Virus record (IMG/VR): IMGVR_UViG_3300044522_000126
Span: 2,492 to 66,491 of that record
DNA: 64,000 bases
From: a virus
Direction: 5' to 3' (one strand)
Below, in pieces: positions 1 through 8,113 of this stretch. Position numbers and translations under genes: made by a program. Under the pieces are notes generated by a model. That model worked only from the letters and a program-made list of their open reading frames with translations, was not told where the DNA came from and searched no databases. The first letter of the stretch is position 1. Each line of letters opens with the position of its first letter.

Positions 1-32
1 AACCTTTATAGATTATAAGGTTTAAAACCGTA

Positions 33-71
33 CGGACTTACAAATATAATAGTCAGATAATATACGTGAAA
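33..71 (+). promoter_or_regulatory. Putative phage early promoter, copy 1 (CGGACTTA-N14-AGATAATATACGTGAAA)
   Basis: Motif recurs at 2587 and 8084 with an identical 14-nt spacer, each time upstream of a + strand gene cluster. Confidence 0.75.
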
Positions 72-107
72 TTAAATTATAATTAACCCTTTAATACCTA
101 AATTCCT

Positions 108-314
108 ATGTCAGCAGTAATTAATTCTTTCAAGCGTCGCGGCGCAACAGTATTCTTAAATAAAATAGAATACACTGGTTTTTTAATTGGTAATTTACCA
201 ACAAGATTTGCCTTCATTTATAACGAAGATAAAGAGCAAGACGGCTTGTCCGCATGGTTTAACCACAAAGGTTGGACCTTTATTCGCAAGTCTGACCTAA
301 AAACTGGTTGGTAA
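108..314 (+). CDS. Hypothetical early protein
   Basis: 68-aa ORF directly after promoter motif, tightly packed with next ORF. Confidence 0.7.
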   Translation: MSAVINSFKRRGATVFLNKIEYTGFLIGNLPTRFAFIYNEDKEQDGLSAWFNHKGWTFIRKSDLKTGW

Positions 315-315
315 T

Positions 316-504
316 ATGAGTAGTTTTAGTGATGATACTATCGATGGTTTCAAAGCTTTCGTCCTCTGTGGCGGAAGCAGAGACCAGGTAGTCAGAGAAA
401 TGTCAGAATACATTTATACAGAGTGCGACTGGGATTCCAGTTGGCAAAGACACGAGTTATTAGAAACATTAATTAAATTAGTATATTATGAAGAAGTACA
501 GTAG
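316..504 (+). CDS. Hypothetical protein
   Basis: 62-aa ORF starting 1 nt after previous stop. Confidence 0.65.
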   Translation: MSSFSDDTIDGFKAFVLCGGSRDQVVREMSEYIYTECDWDSSWQRHELLETLIKLVYYEEVQ

Positions 505-588
505 GATTGCGAGTATTATATTATTGAGGTTCAAAGTGGTATTTTTAGAATATGCTAGCGCAGCAGGCGCGGCTTTAAGAAGTTAACT

Positions 589-837
589 ATGGAAGCATCA
601 GCAATAGCAGCGTTAGAATACTGCAACAATATCAAGAAGATTAGATTGGAAGAGCATAGGCTTTCAAACCTGCACGAGAGAAAATGCAGCGGACTTACAT
701 ACTCCGAATGGGCGTTACCTATTAGACAGAAGTCTACGTTCAGTAAAAGTAAAAAGTTCGCTTGCACTCGACTGTGGAGTCATAAGTCAGTACCAACAGA
801 ACAAGGATTTGAATCATTAACTATTAAAACTATATAA
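589..837 (+). CDS. Hypothetical protein
   Basis: 82-aa ORF abutting next gene. Confidence 0.5.
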   Translation: MEASAIAALEYCNNIKKIRLEEHRLSNLHERKCSGLTYSEWALPIRQKSTFSKSKKFACTRLWSHKSVPTEQGFESLTIKTI

Positions 838-839
838 TC

Positions 840-1349
840 ATGAGCAGAGTAACAAAAATTAAATTAAGTCAGGTACCAAGTCAGTACCACAATCAGATGT
901 TCGCTAACTTAGTAAATCTTAGAGGCGTTGAAGGTTCCAAACAAGCCATTGAAGAAGACATTACATTGTCAGCTGCTTTTCCGTGGATGCTAACGCCTGA
1001 AGGTCATGAATTCTGGCAAGAGATCAGTGAAGACAGAGCGCCAACTACAAAGGTTACAACCAACAGTACTGGCGAGACAATCGAGAGCCTTGCTAAAGAA
1101 GCAGAACAAAGAGGGTTTGCTATCGGAGTTGATACTAAGTTTGGATTAATAAGACCGGGTTTCGACCATTCGCTAGACAGCGACAGTTCTTTCTGGTATT
1201 CAAATATCAGAGTTCGTAAGGCAAATGGTAAATGGATTAAACCATTAGGCAAGGTATCTAAAATCGCTAAGACCACCAAGGTTGAGGACAGTGAAGTTGC
1301 TATACACGCCTTTATTGAGAAATTAATTAAAGCAATTCATTCGAATTAA
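840..1349 (+). CDS. Hypothetical protein (FxWxxTPEGHEFW motif)
   Basis: 169-aa ORF; AFPWMLTPEGHEFWQEI motif of a type seen in Bacteroidota phage small proteins. Confidence 0.75.
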   Translation: MSRVTKIKLSQVPSQYHNQMFANLVNLRGVEGSKQAIEEDITLSAAFPWMLTPEGHEFWQEISEDRAPTTKVTTNSTGETIESLAKEAEQRGFAIGVDTKFGLIRPGFDHSLDSDSSFWYSNIRVRKANGKWIKPLGKVSKIAKTTKVEDSEVAIHAFIEKLIKAIHSN

Positions 1350-1358
1350 AGATAGCGG

Positions 1359-1471
1359 TCGCTTGACTCAGATAGTACAGCGACAGTCATTGGAGTATCT
1401 GATAACTCTCGAATGACGGCGTAAGATAAGGTATAACTTACAACAGCGGAGTGCCTGACCAAATCTCCGCT
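1359..1471 (+). ncRNA. Candidate structured RNA: four consecutive hairpins
   Basis: Stems gtcgct/agcgac, gtcatt-ggagt/actct-aatgac, gtaag/cttac and agcggag/ctccgct in a GC-enriched ORF-free interval. Confidence 0.5.
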
Positions 1472-1475
1472 AAAT

Positions 1476-1547
1476 AACCAAGTACTGGGCTTCAATGGCA
1501 TGTTACGACCGACTGGTTAAAAGGTTCGATTCCTTTTTTGGTTACTA
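1476..1547 (+). ncRNA. tRNA-like element A (acceptor stem + T-arm, no canonical D/anticodon arms)
   Basis: Acceptor aaccaag/tttggtt, T8-A9, T-arm aaagg-TTCGATT-ccttt, ends A-CTA. Confidence 0.65.
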
Positions 1548-1625
1548 AATTAAAGGTGCTTATAACTAATCTTACAAGTGATTATATGTCGTATAAGCTA
1601 AGTACTATTTGTGAAGCCTTTAATA

Positions 1626-1708
1626 AGTCAGGTGGGTGTAATGAGGGATGGTCCCGAGTCCTTGAAATATAGGTTGCTTATCCGGTTCGAGTCCGGCCCT
1701 GACTACTA
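1626..1708 (+). ncRNA. tRNA-like element B (acceptor stem + T-arm)
   Basis: Perfect 7-bp acceptor agtcagg/cctgact, T-arm ccgg-TTCGAGT-ccgg, ends A-CTA; interior lacks a 5-bp/7-nt anticodon arm. Confidence 0.7.
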
Positions 1709-1725
1709 ATTTTAAATATATTACT

Positions 1726-1899
1726 ATGAGATTATTTGATGTAGAAATAGTAGAAACACTTGCTAGAACTGTAACAGTCAAAGCAGAAGACGAAGTGGAT
1801 GCTAGAAACCTTGTTGAAGAAATGTATCGAGGTGAAGAAATAGTATTGTACCCTACAGATTTTGTAGAAGTAACCTTTAATTCAGTAACTTATGATTGA
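1726..1899 (+). CDS. DpnD/PcfM-like small protein
   Basis: Manual translation MRLFDVEIVETLARTVTVKAEDEVDARNLVEEMYRGEEIVLYPTDFVEVTF; matches the VEI.ETL.R.V.V.A...EEIVL pattern; not in ORF track (57 aa). Confidence 0.7.
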   Translation: MRLFDVEIVETLARTVTVKAEDEVDARNLVEEMYRGEEIVLYPTDFVEVTFNSVTYD

Positions 1900-2014
1900 T
1901 ACTTGGAGTTACCCATTAGATGACATAGAAGATGAATGTAACTTCTGTGGTGAACCATGCTATGGTAATTACTGTTCAAGAGAATGTAGAAAAGCTTATG
2001 AATCAGAAAACTAA
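1892..2014 (+). CDS. Small Zn-finger protein (CxxC...YCSxxC)
   Basis: Manual translation MIDTWSYPLDDIEDECNFCGEPCYGNYCSRECRKAYESEN; overlaps previous stop. Confidence 0.6.
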   Translation: MIDTWSYPLDDIEDECNFCGEPCYGNYCSRECRKAYESEN

Positions 2015-2019
2015 TAGAT

Positions 2020-2220
2020 ATGAAACAAAAACCTAAACAAGAAACACTTGAAGAAGCTACTGAAAGAACAAAAGAAGAATATCCAGTTTGGCTTGACGAA
2101 GAAGCTTTTATATTAGGTGCTAAATGGCAACAAGAGCAAATAGGTAAATCAGAATTTCTGCAAAAATTAAGAGCAACATTATCTGATGCAGAAGCAAGAA
2201 GATTAATTAGAACAATTTAA
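2020..2220 (+). CDS. Hypothetical protein (KQETLEEA...GAKWQQE family)
   Basis: 66-aa ORF with a motif typical of flavobacterial phage small proteins. Confidence 0.7.
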   Translation: MKQKPKQETLEEATERTKEEYPVWLDEEAFILGAKWQQEQIGKSEFLQKLRATLSDAEARRLIRTI

Positions 2221-2232
2221 AAACAAATAAGA
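2211..2232 (+). repeat. 22-bp direct repeat, copy 1 (aacaatttaaaaacaaataaga)
   Basis: Identical to 2466-2487; the two copies flank the 2234..2485 gene. Confidence 0.85.
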
Positions 2233-2233
2233 C

Positions 2234-2485
2234 ATGAAACAAACAGCAGAAAGTGTTTTAAGAGAATATATACAATTTGAAGATGTAAATCAGTCAGAAA
2301 CTATTGAACTTTTACCTTTAACGATAATTGATGCAATGGATGAATATGCAAATCAACAAGAAAGAAGCTATAGTAAGGAAGATTTAAAAGAAGCGTTTAA
2401 ATTTTATGCTGAAAGAGTTATTTGTGATATTAAATATTTAGATGATGATTTTACTGAATTTATAAAACAATTTAAAAACAAATAA
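2234..2485 (+). CDS. Hypothetical protein (QERSYS.E...QFKNK family)
   Basis: 83-aa ORF. Confidence 0.7.
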   Translation: MKQTAESVLREYIQFEDVNQSETIELLPLTIIDAMDEYANQQERSYSKEDLKEAFKFYAERVICDIKYLDDDFTEFIKQFKNK

Positions 2486-2487
2486 GA
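2466..2487 (+). repeat. 22-bp direct repeat, copy 2
   Basis: Identical to 2211-2232. Confidence 0.85.
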
Positions 2488-2586
2488 TTATGGATTCTAA
2501 TTTAGTAGGAGTATTTTTATTAATAGTATTTTTCATAATGGTATTTGTTATAGGAGATTACGACAGTAAACATTAAATAATCTACA

Positions 2587-2625
2587 CGGACTTAATAATA
2601 ATATAGTTAGATAATATACGTGAAA
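2587..2625 (+). promoter_or_regulatory. Putative phage early promoter, copy 2
   Basis: CGGACTTA-ataataatatagtt-AGATAATATACGTGAAA; both boxes identical to copy 1. Confidence 0.75.
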
Positions 2626-2641
2626 CAAAAAATAAATAAAT

Positions 2642-2845
2642 ATGCAAGCTAAAATCAAAGTAAAAAATGGATACTGGACTTTCAATGGCAAACCATTAGT
2701 TAAATGTACGTTTCCAGAAAGACAGATAGTATCTCAGTTCATTAAAAACTCTATATTCAGTATGGAATTAGATTATCAAATGGAAACACGAGAGACTAAT
2801 GATTTATTAGAATATAATTATAATTTCGAGTTTGTTAAACCTTAA
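2642..2845 (+). CDS. Hypothetical protein
   Basis: 67-aa ORF downstream of promoter motif. Confidence 0.7.
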   Translation: MQAKIKVKNGYWTFNGKPLVKCTFPERQIVSQFIKNSIFSMELDYQMETRETNDLLEYNYNFEFVKP

Positions 2846-2855
2846 ATAGTTTAAT

Positions 2856-3044
2856 ATGTATTGTAAATGTGGAAGTAAATTACATCCAGTCAGATTAGAA
2901 CTAGGATATAAAAGCTGTATAGGTTGTTCTACTGTTAAGACGTACAGTTATATACCTATTATCGAGCATAAAACAGGTAATACAATTCAAATTGTCAGTC
3001 AAGAGCTTAGTGCTGCGGTACATAAGTCTTGGCGACGTAAATAA
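2856..3044 (+). CDS. DksA/TraR-like C4 Zn-finger small protein
   Basis: CKCG...HPVRLELGYKSCIGCS resembles the TraR-type Cx2C...RL...Cx2C finger. Confidence 0.55.
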   Translation: MYCKCGSKLHPVRLELGYKSCIGCSTVKTYSYIPIIEHKTGNTIQIVSQELSAAVHKSWRRK

Positions 3045-3051
3045 ATATATT

Positions 3052-3201
3052 ATGGTACATACAATAGTTCAAGGCAATGAGTGTTATATCTTTATGAATG
3101 GTAAATTAATTCATAAAACTAGAACTGATAATTCAGAGTCAGGAGTTACGTTCGATGTAATGGCATATAGAAAAAATGATACTTTAATTTCAATAAAATA
3201 G
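3052..3201 (+). CDS. Hypothetical protein
   Basis: In-frame ATG at 3052 after previous stop (ORF track start 2992). Confidence 0.55.
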   Translation: MVHTIVQGNECYIFMNGKLIHKTRTDNSESGVTFDVMAYRKNDTLISIK

Positions 3202-3203
3202 AT

Positions 3204-3338
3204 ATGGAAAGTGATTGTTGTGGTGCTTATTCAAGTTGTTGGGACGATATAGATATATGTCCTGATTGTGGTGAACATGCTGATTGGAATGAAGATGAAG
3301 ATGAAGATTATCCATGTGATATAATAAACGAATTCTAA
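3204..3338 (+). CDS. Small acidic Zn-ribbon protein (SDCCGA...CPDCGEH)
   Basis: Manual translation MESDCCGAYSSCWDDIDICPDCGEHADWNEDEDEDYPCDIINEF. Confidence 0.65.
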   Translation: MESDCCGAYSSCWDDIDICPDCGEHADWNEDEDEDYPCDIINEF

Positions 3339-3341
3339 ACA

Positions 3342-3441
3342 TGGATACTTGCTATACACGCTCTTATAGGCGTGGTTGGTTAAATCTGGTGATGACTCAG
3401 AGGCATAGACTGAGTTGATAGTTCGATTCTATCTTATCCAC
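3342..3441 (+). ncRNA. tRNA-like element C (acceptor stem + T-arm, two non-canonical internal hairpins)
   Basis: Acceptor tggata/tatcca, T-arm gatag-TTCGATT-ctatc, internal stems cacgc/gcgtg and actcag/ctgagt. Confidence 0.65.
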
Positions 3442-3491
3442 AAAGTTACCATGGTGGTAACCTCTATTAAACCCTTTAATAAAATTTAATT

Positions 3492-4529
3492 ATGGCGACA
3501 GCTAGAAAAACAAAAGCAGTAGTGCAAGAAGTCACAGGCGTAGGTGCAGACTTCGTATTTATGGACAAATCACTTAGTATCTTAGATATTGGGCTGAAGA
3601 CAGGTAAAAATATTGTCTTGTACGGTCCTGGTGGACATGGTAAATCAGAATTAACAATGGCGTATCTCGCTGAAAAAGGCATCGACCCTTATGTAATTAC
3701 AATGGGTACAGGTATGACTACTGATAGATTATTCGGCGGTTTAGATATACCTACGTTCGAGAAAACAGGTAAAATTGAATATCTTGTTGAGAATTCATTT
3801 ATGAATAACGAGTATGTTATATTCGAAGAATTATTCGATGCTCCTGACTTTATTCTTGAACAATTAAAAGATATTTTATCTTCTAAAATATTCAGAAATG
3901 GTACGCAAATATTTCCTATTAAAACTAAGTTTATTATCTGCTGCACTAATCGTACTCGTGAAGAATTTTCTAAAAATGCATCTTTAAAAGCATTAATGGA
4001 ACGTTTCCCACTTGAATTAAATGTAGTATGGGATAATTATACTGAAGCAAGTTATAATAAACTTCTTGAAGTTAAATTTGGCCAAGGTAATGTAGATCCA
4101 ATTATACCTTATATTCTTCAAGAATATCATAGAGGTGGAGTTACAATATCACCTCGTGTAGCTGTTACTGCTTATACAGTATACGAAGAATGTGGTCCAG
4201 ACTCGTTAAACTTTATTGCAGAATTTGCTAAAAAACCTGCATTAATCGCTGATACCCTTAAGAAATATCAGAGCACGTTAAAGTTTAGAAAGTTATCAGA
4301 TGATTTAGGTGACATTGTAAATAAATTACAAAACAATAATCTAATCACTAAAGACGAGCAATCAGCATATACTAATGATATTGGTTTATTAGCTAATACA
4401 ATTAGAGATATTAAAAAGTTAACAGTATCTGACGATCTTGCGTCTAATCACGCCTCATTAATTAAGAGTGCGACTGATTTATATACATCTTTATCTAAAA
4501 AGCAAACCGTATCATCTATAATGGATTAA
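3492..4529 (+). CDS. MoxR/RavA-like AAA+ ATPase
   Basis: Walker A YGPGGHGKS, Walker B VIFEE, CCTN sensor, ALMERF arginine finger; next to a VWA gene. Confidence 0.85.
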   Translation: MATARKTKAVVQEVTGVGADFVFMDKSLSILDIGLKTGKNIVLYGPGGHGKSELTMAYLAEKGIDPYVITMGTGMTTDRLFGGLDIPTFEKTGKIEYLVENSFMNNEYVIFEELFDAPDFILEQLKDILSSKIFRNGTQIFPIKTKFIICCTNRTREEFSKNASLKALMERFPLELNVVWDNYTEASYNKLLEVKFGQGNVDPIIPYILQEYHRGGVTISPRVAVTAYTVYEECGPDSLNFIAEFAKKPALIADTLKKYQSTLKFRKLSDDLGDIVNKLQNNNLITKDEQSAYTNDIGLLANTIRDIKKLTVSDDLASNHASLIKSATDLYTSLSKKQTVSSIMD

Positions 4530-4532
4530 ATC

Positions 4533-5963
4533 ATGAGTAAATATTCTAGTTACTGGGGTGATGATGACGATTATACTTCAGAGTATGATAGTTATGGAAG
4601 TTATGGTTATGGTGGTAGAAGTAATAAAAAAGAGACTAAATATAGTTCATACTCTTGGAAACCGAGTGTATGGACTAATTACTCTTGGGGCGGAAGTATA
4701 TATGATGAAGATGATAATTCAGATTTATTCGTTAAAGATCCAATAACCTATTTAACTCCTACTAAAGCAGATATTAAAGCTAAGTCTAACGTGTGGATTG
4801 ACAAGTCAGTAGATACTATTAAAGAATTAGCTAGAGTATGTTACTTCAAGATGGTTGATGAGCGTGAATATATCAGTGAAAAATTCGCTGATTACGACTC
4901 TCTTAGCGAAGGTCAACAAATGGATTATGAGCAGAAGAAACAATTATATGATGGTATCTTCGATCAATTTATTCCTGGTAATACTCCACTCGAACAAGCA
5001 ATAGCTATATATAGGCAAATCGGTGGTAACAGTGAATATAGAAAACGTAATCCAACTGGTGATGAAGAAGATGAAGATATAGACTACGATTCAACTCTTA
5101 ATTTTGACAGAGCTATATATTCTGATCCAGATATTAATCAGCAACTTGAATTTAATGAATTAAGTAAAGAACGTAAAATGGATATTCTTGATAAAATATC
5201 TATTGTCGGTCAACTTGGTGATCAATTCAAAGTTGAAAAAGAAGTTGAAGAAAAACTTGTATCAAACTCTGATCAGTATGCTAAAAAGATTATGCGTGAT
5301 TATGCTCAATTCAGTAACATCGAGTTATATCAGAAAATGTTTCCAAACTTTCGTACTAAGTTCTTAACTAAGGATTTAACTGTTAACGTGCCTGTTGACC
5401 GTAAAGAACAGAAACAAAAGATAATTATATTATTAGATTTTTCTGGCAGTATGGATTCGTGTGATAAACAGACATGGGTGAATGCTATACTCATTGATCG
5501 CTTACGCTATGTAATGAAAGAAGAAGCTGAAGTTTATTTCAGTTATTTTGTACATAATCCTAAAAATATGCAGTTTCACCATTTAAAAAATAGAGAAGAT
5601 GTCATGGATTTCTGGACGTGGTTTTCTAATGATCCAAATGGTGGTACAACTGATATAGGCGCGATGGTTACATCTATTGCTAATGATATTTCAAATCGCA
5701 AACTTGGTAATCTATCTGTAGATTTATCAGTTGAAAAACCTGAAATTCTAGTTATAAATGACGGTCAAGATAGAGTTGGTTATGATACTTTACCTTATAA
5801 AGTTAATGCCATATCTCTTATGGATTTTAGCAGTGAATTAAAGACCTTATGTATTAAAACAGGTGGTAAACAAGTTAGAGTTGGTTATGATAACTCTGTT
5901 ACTAGTTATGCTGAAGAAGGTACAACTGTTATAGATGATGGTAAAAATACTAAAACTTCTTAA
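4533..5963 (+). CDS. VWA (MIDAS) domain protein, ViaA/CobT-like MoxR partner
   Basis: IILLDFSGSM (DxSxS), GGTTDIG and VINDGQD motifs; Tyr/Ser/Asp-rich N-terminus. Confidence 0.85.
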   Translation: MSKYSSYWGDDDDYTSEYDSYGSYGYGGRSNKKETKYSSYSWKPSVWTNYSWGGSIYDEDDNSDLFVKDPITYLTPTKADIKAKSNVWIDKSVDTIKELARVCYFKMVDEREYISEKFADYDSLSEGQQMDYEQKKQLYDGIFDQFIPGNTPLEQAIAIYRQIGGNSEYRKRNPTGDEEDEDIDYDSTLNFDRAIYSDPDINQQLEFNELSKERKMDILDKISIVGQLGDQFKVEKEVEEKLVSNSDQYAKKIMRDYAQFSNIELYQKMFPNFRTKFLTKDLTVNVPVDRKEQKQKIIILLDFSGSMDSCDKQTWVNAILIDRLRYVMKEEAEVYFSYFVHNPKNMQFHHLKNREDVMDFWTWFSNDPNGGTTDIGAMVTSIANDISNRKLGNLSVDLSVEKPEILVINDGQDRVGYDTLPYKVNAISLMDFSSELKTLCIKTGGKQVRVGYDNSVTSYAEEGTTVIDDGKNTKTS

Positions 5964-5971
5964 CAATTTTT

Positions 5972-6002
5972 AAAGGGCCCACTGTGAAAGGTGGGTCTTT
6001 TT
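5972..6002 (+). terminator. Rho-independent terminator
   Basis: aaagggcccac-tgtgaaag-gtgggtcttt followed by T run, right after the VWA stop. Confidence 0.8.
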
Positions 6003-6016
6003 AATACCCTAATTAT

Positions 6017-6241
6017 ATGAAAGAGAGATATGTAAGAATGAGAAATGAAAAAGTCATTGATTGGCTATTCATTTATGACTATGCTGTATCTAAAGGTTTT
6101 ACTCTTGGAGTAGAAAAATTTAATATAGGCGCTAATTACTTAAACATGACAATGCATGAAATATTAAATCAACTAGATCATGAGTACGAGTTAACTATAT
6201 TATATGACAAGCAAGGAATATTTATAAAAGTTGTACTATGA
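6017..6241 (+). CDS. Hypothetical protein
   Basis: 74-aa ORF, ATGA overlap with next gene. Confidence 0.7.
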   Translation: MKERYVRMRNEKVIDWLFIYDYAVSKGFTLGVEKFNIGANYLNMTMHEILNQLDHEYELTILYDKQGIFIKVVL

Positions 6242-6546
6242 AAGATGAAGATATTATTGGAAAAGAATTTTTAACTGTTCGCTTTGAAAAAAAAGACGGT
6301 GGAATTTTAACTTGTAACCCGACTTACGACCCTTATATTGGATTAATTGGCATAGTAACTAACTTTCACGAACCTTATACAGAATACGCTCGTGTTGAAT
6401 TTAAAGATTCTGTAGGATATATAACTGCATTACATTGGCCTGTTAAAGTCATTAAAAAACAATTGCAGGAAAATATTAATAAAGAAAGTCCTGAATATAT
6501 TAAAAAACTATTTAAAGAAATAATTAAATTAACTAAAACAAAATAA
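6238..6546 (+). CDS. Hypothetical protein
   Basis: 102-aa ORF. Confidence 0.7.
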   Translation: MKDEDIIGKEFLTVRFEKKDGGILTCNPTYDPYIGLIGIVTNFHEPYTEYARVEFKDSVGYITALHWPVKVIKKQLQENINKESPEYIKKLFKEIIKLTKTK

Positions 6547-6548
6547 TT

Positions 6549-6902
6549 ATGGGATTAGACATGTATCTTTATAGAAATGGAGATCAAGAAAAAGAAATTG
6601 GTTATTGGCGTAAAGCTAATGCTATACACAAGTGGTTTGTAGACAACACTCAAGATGGTAAAGACGAATGTCAAGTAAGCGACATTTCTATAGAGCAATT
6701 ACTTACTTTATATAATTTATGTAAAAAAGTATTAAAAAATCCACAAAAAAATGGTTATTTATTGCCACCGCAAGGCGGTTTTTTCTTTGGAAATGCAGAA
6801 CATGGTGATTATTATTTAGAATACGTAAAGAAAACTAAAAAAATACTAAAAAAATGTTTGAAACAACCGAACGAGAAGTACGAGTACCAAGCAAGTTGGT
6901 AG
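6549..6902 (+). CDS. Conserved phage protein (MGLDMYL...YWRKANAIHKWF...YQASW family)
   Basis: Recognisable widespread phage hypothetical-protein signature. Confidence 0.8.
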   Translation: MGLDMYLYRNGDQEKEIGYWRKANAIHKWFVDNTQDGKDECQVSDISIEQLLTLYNLCKKVLKNPQKNGYLLPPQGGFFFGNAEHGDYYLEYVKKTKKILKKCLKQPNEKYEYQASW

Positions 6903-7114
6903 ATTCTTTAATTAAAGAAAGAGCATCAGATAAAGCTTTTGCTACTATAAAAATGTACGAGAATCAAATTAAAGCTTTGCAAAGAGATGTTAAAAGCGGC
7001 GGTTCTGGTGGAATATCGTTAGAACAACTATTAGGTGTAGTAGATCACACTGAAATGGAGAAACTTGTATGGATCTACATAACTAGTTTAATTGAAAAAG
7101 ATAATAAATTATGA
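6854..7114 (+). CDS. Hypothetical protein
   Basis: 86-aa ORF; start uncertain. Confidence 0.55.
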   Translation: MFETTEREVRVPSKLVDSLIKERASDKAFATIKMYENQIKALQRDVKSGGSGGISLEQLLGVVDHTEMEKLVWIYITSLIEKDNKL

Positions 7115-7584
7115 GTAAATATATAAATAGATACAAAGACACTTATACTTTTACAGAAAACAAAGACCATGACATATTATGGAAAGGTAATTTTGAATGG
7201 TGTAGGTTTGGTATGCCTAATGACTATAATAGAGCTTATAAAGCTTATTGTGAAGACATGGGTAACTTATTAACAATGGAAGAATTTAAAACCGCTGTTC
7301 ATAAGTATGACGATATTAAAAAAGAATACATTTTAACAGATAAATATGTTAGAATGGTTGATTCTTTACGAGATGAAATAGACATGATAGATCCTTCTGG
7401 TGGTCCTTTTATATCTAGAGGCATGTCTCTTGATTCATTTGGCTTTAAAGACTATATTGTAAAAGATTTTAAAGTTATGAAATCAGGTTACAAAATAATT
7501 ACTGAGAAATGTCCGATGTGTAATCTCGCAGGTGCTATACACAAGATAAGTTGTTCAACGCAGAAAATACAAATAAACTTATGA
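7111..7584 (+). CDS. Hypothetical protein
   Basis: 157-aa ORF with IDPSGGPFI motif. Confidence 0.75.
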   Translation: MSKYINRYKDTYTFTENKDHDILWKGNFEWCRFGMPNDYNRAYKAYCEDMGNLLTMEEFKTAVHKYDDIKKEYILTDKYVRMVDSLRDEIDMIDPSGGPFISRGMSLDSFGFKDYIVKDFKVMKSGYKIITEKCPMCNLAGAIHKISCSTQKIQINL

Positions 7585-7844
7585 CAAAAGAAAATGTAAT
7601 ACAGATTTTACCTAAATGGTTTAATGGTGAAGTCTATGAAAATGGTGGAGAGGTTACAAATCCATATAGTGGATGTAGTTGTTATTTATCTCCAAAGGAA
7701 TTAAGTATGTATGATTTTATAAAAGGATCTGAGATGCTGTTAGAACAAGGTATACGTAGTGAAAATTTAACTAATTTATTCTACGAAGGTTTATGGTGGT
7801 TTAAAGATAACAATATAGAAGCCTATATAATACTACTTGATTAA
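7581..7844 (+). CDS. Hypothetical protein
   Basis: ATGA-coupled start at 7581 (track start 7551). Confidence 0.7.
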   Translation: MTKENVIQILPKWFNGEVYENGGEVTNPYSGCSCYLSPKELSMYDFIKGSEMLLEQGIRSENLTNLFYEGLWWFKDNNIEAYIILLD

Positions 7845-7949
7845 CTATGATTAAAAACTTTTTATTAAAATTAAAGTTTATTTTATACTGCATGACAGTA
7901 ATAGTATTAAGTTTTGTTTTAAAAATGTGTGAATTAAAAAAGTTTTAAC

Positions 7950-8111
7950 ATGAGTAGAACAGTTAAACAAGCTTATAGAAAATCAAGAGTATTTGATAGA
8001 TCTTGCAGAAATAATGGAAAATGTTCTTATTGTAGAGGTAATAGATTACACAGTAATAATGTAAGAGACCAACAATCACTACACGGACTTAGAAGTTTAA
8101 ACAATAGATAA
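7950..8111 (+). CDS. Small basic Cys protein (DRSCRNNGKCSYCRGNR)
   Basis: Manual translation, 53 aa; SCRN.G.C.YC..NR phage motif. Confidence 0.6.
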   Translation: MSRTVKQAYRKSRVFDRSCRNNGKCSYCRGNRLHSNNVRDQQSLHGLRSLNNR

Positions 8112-8113
8112 TA
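8084..8113 (+). promoter_or_regulatory. Putative phage early promoter, copy 3
   Basis: CGGACTTA-gaagtttaaacaat-AGATAATA with the same 14-nt spacer; preceded by tacac as in copy 2. Confidence 0.65.

Noticed and set aside
690-720. Fourth CGGACTTA occurrence
   Set aside because: Inside an ORF and not followed by AGATAAT at the 14-nt spacing
3291-3308. gaagat x3 microsatellite
   Set aside because: Simply encodes EDEDED in the small Zn-ribbon ORF
1476-3441. Calling the three TTCGA-containing elements canonical tRNA genes
   Set aside because: No D-arm with conserved GG geometry and no 5-bp/7-nt anticodon arm could be drawn, so no anticodon can be assigned; reported as tRNA-like ncRNA instead
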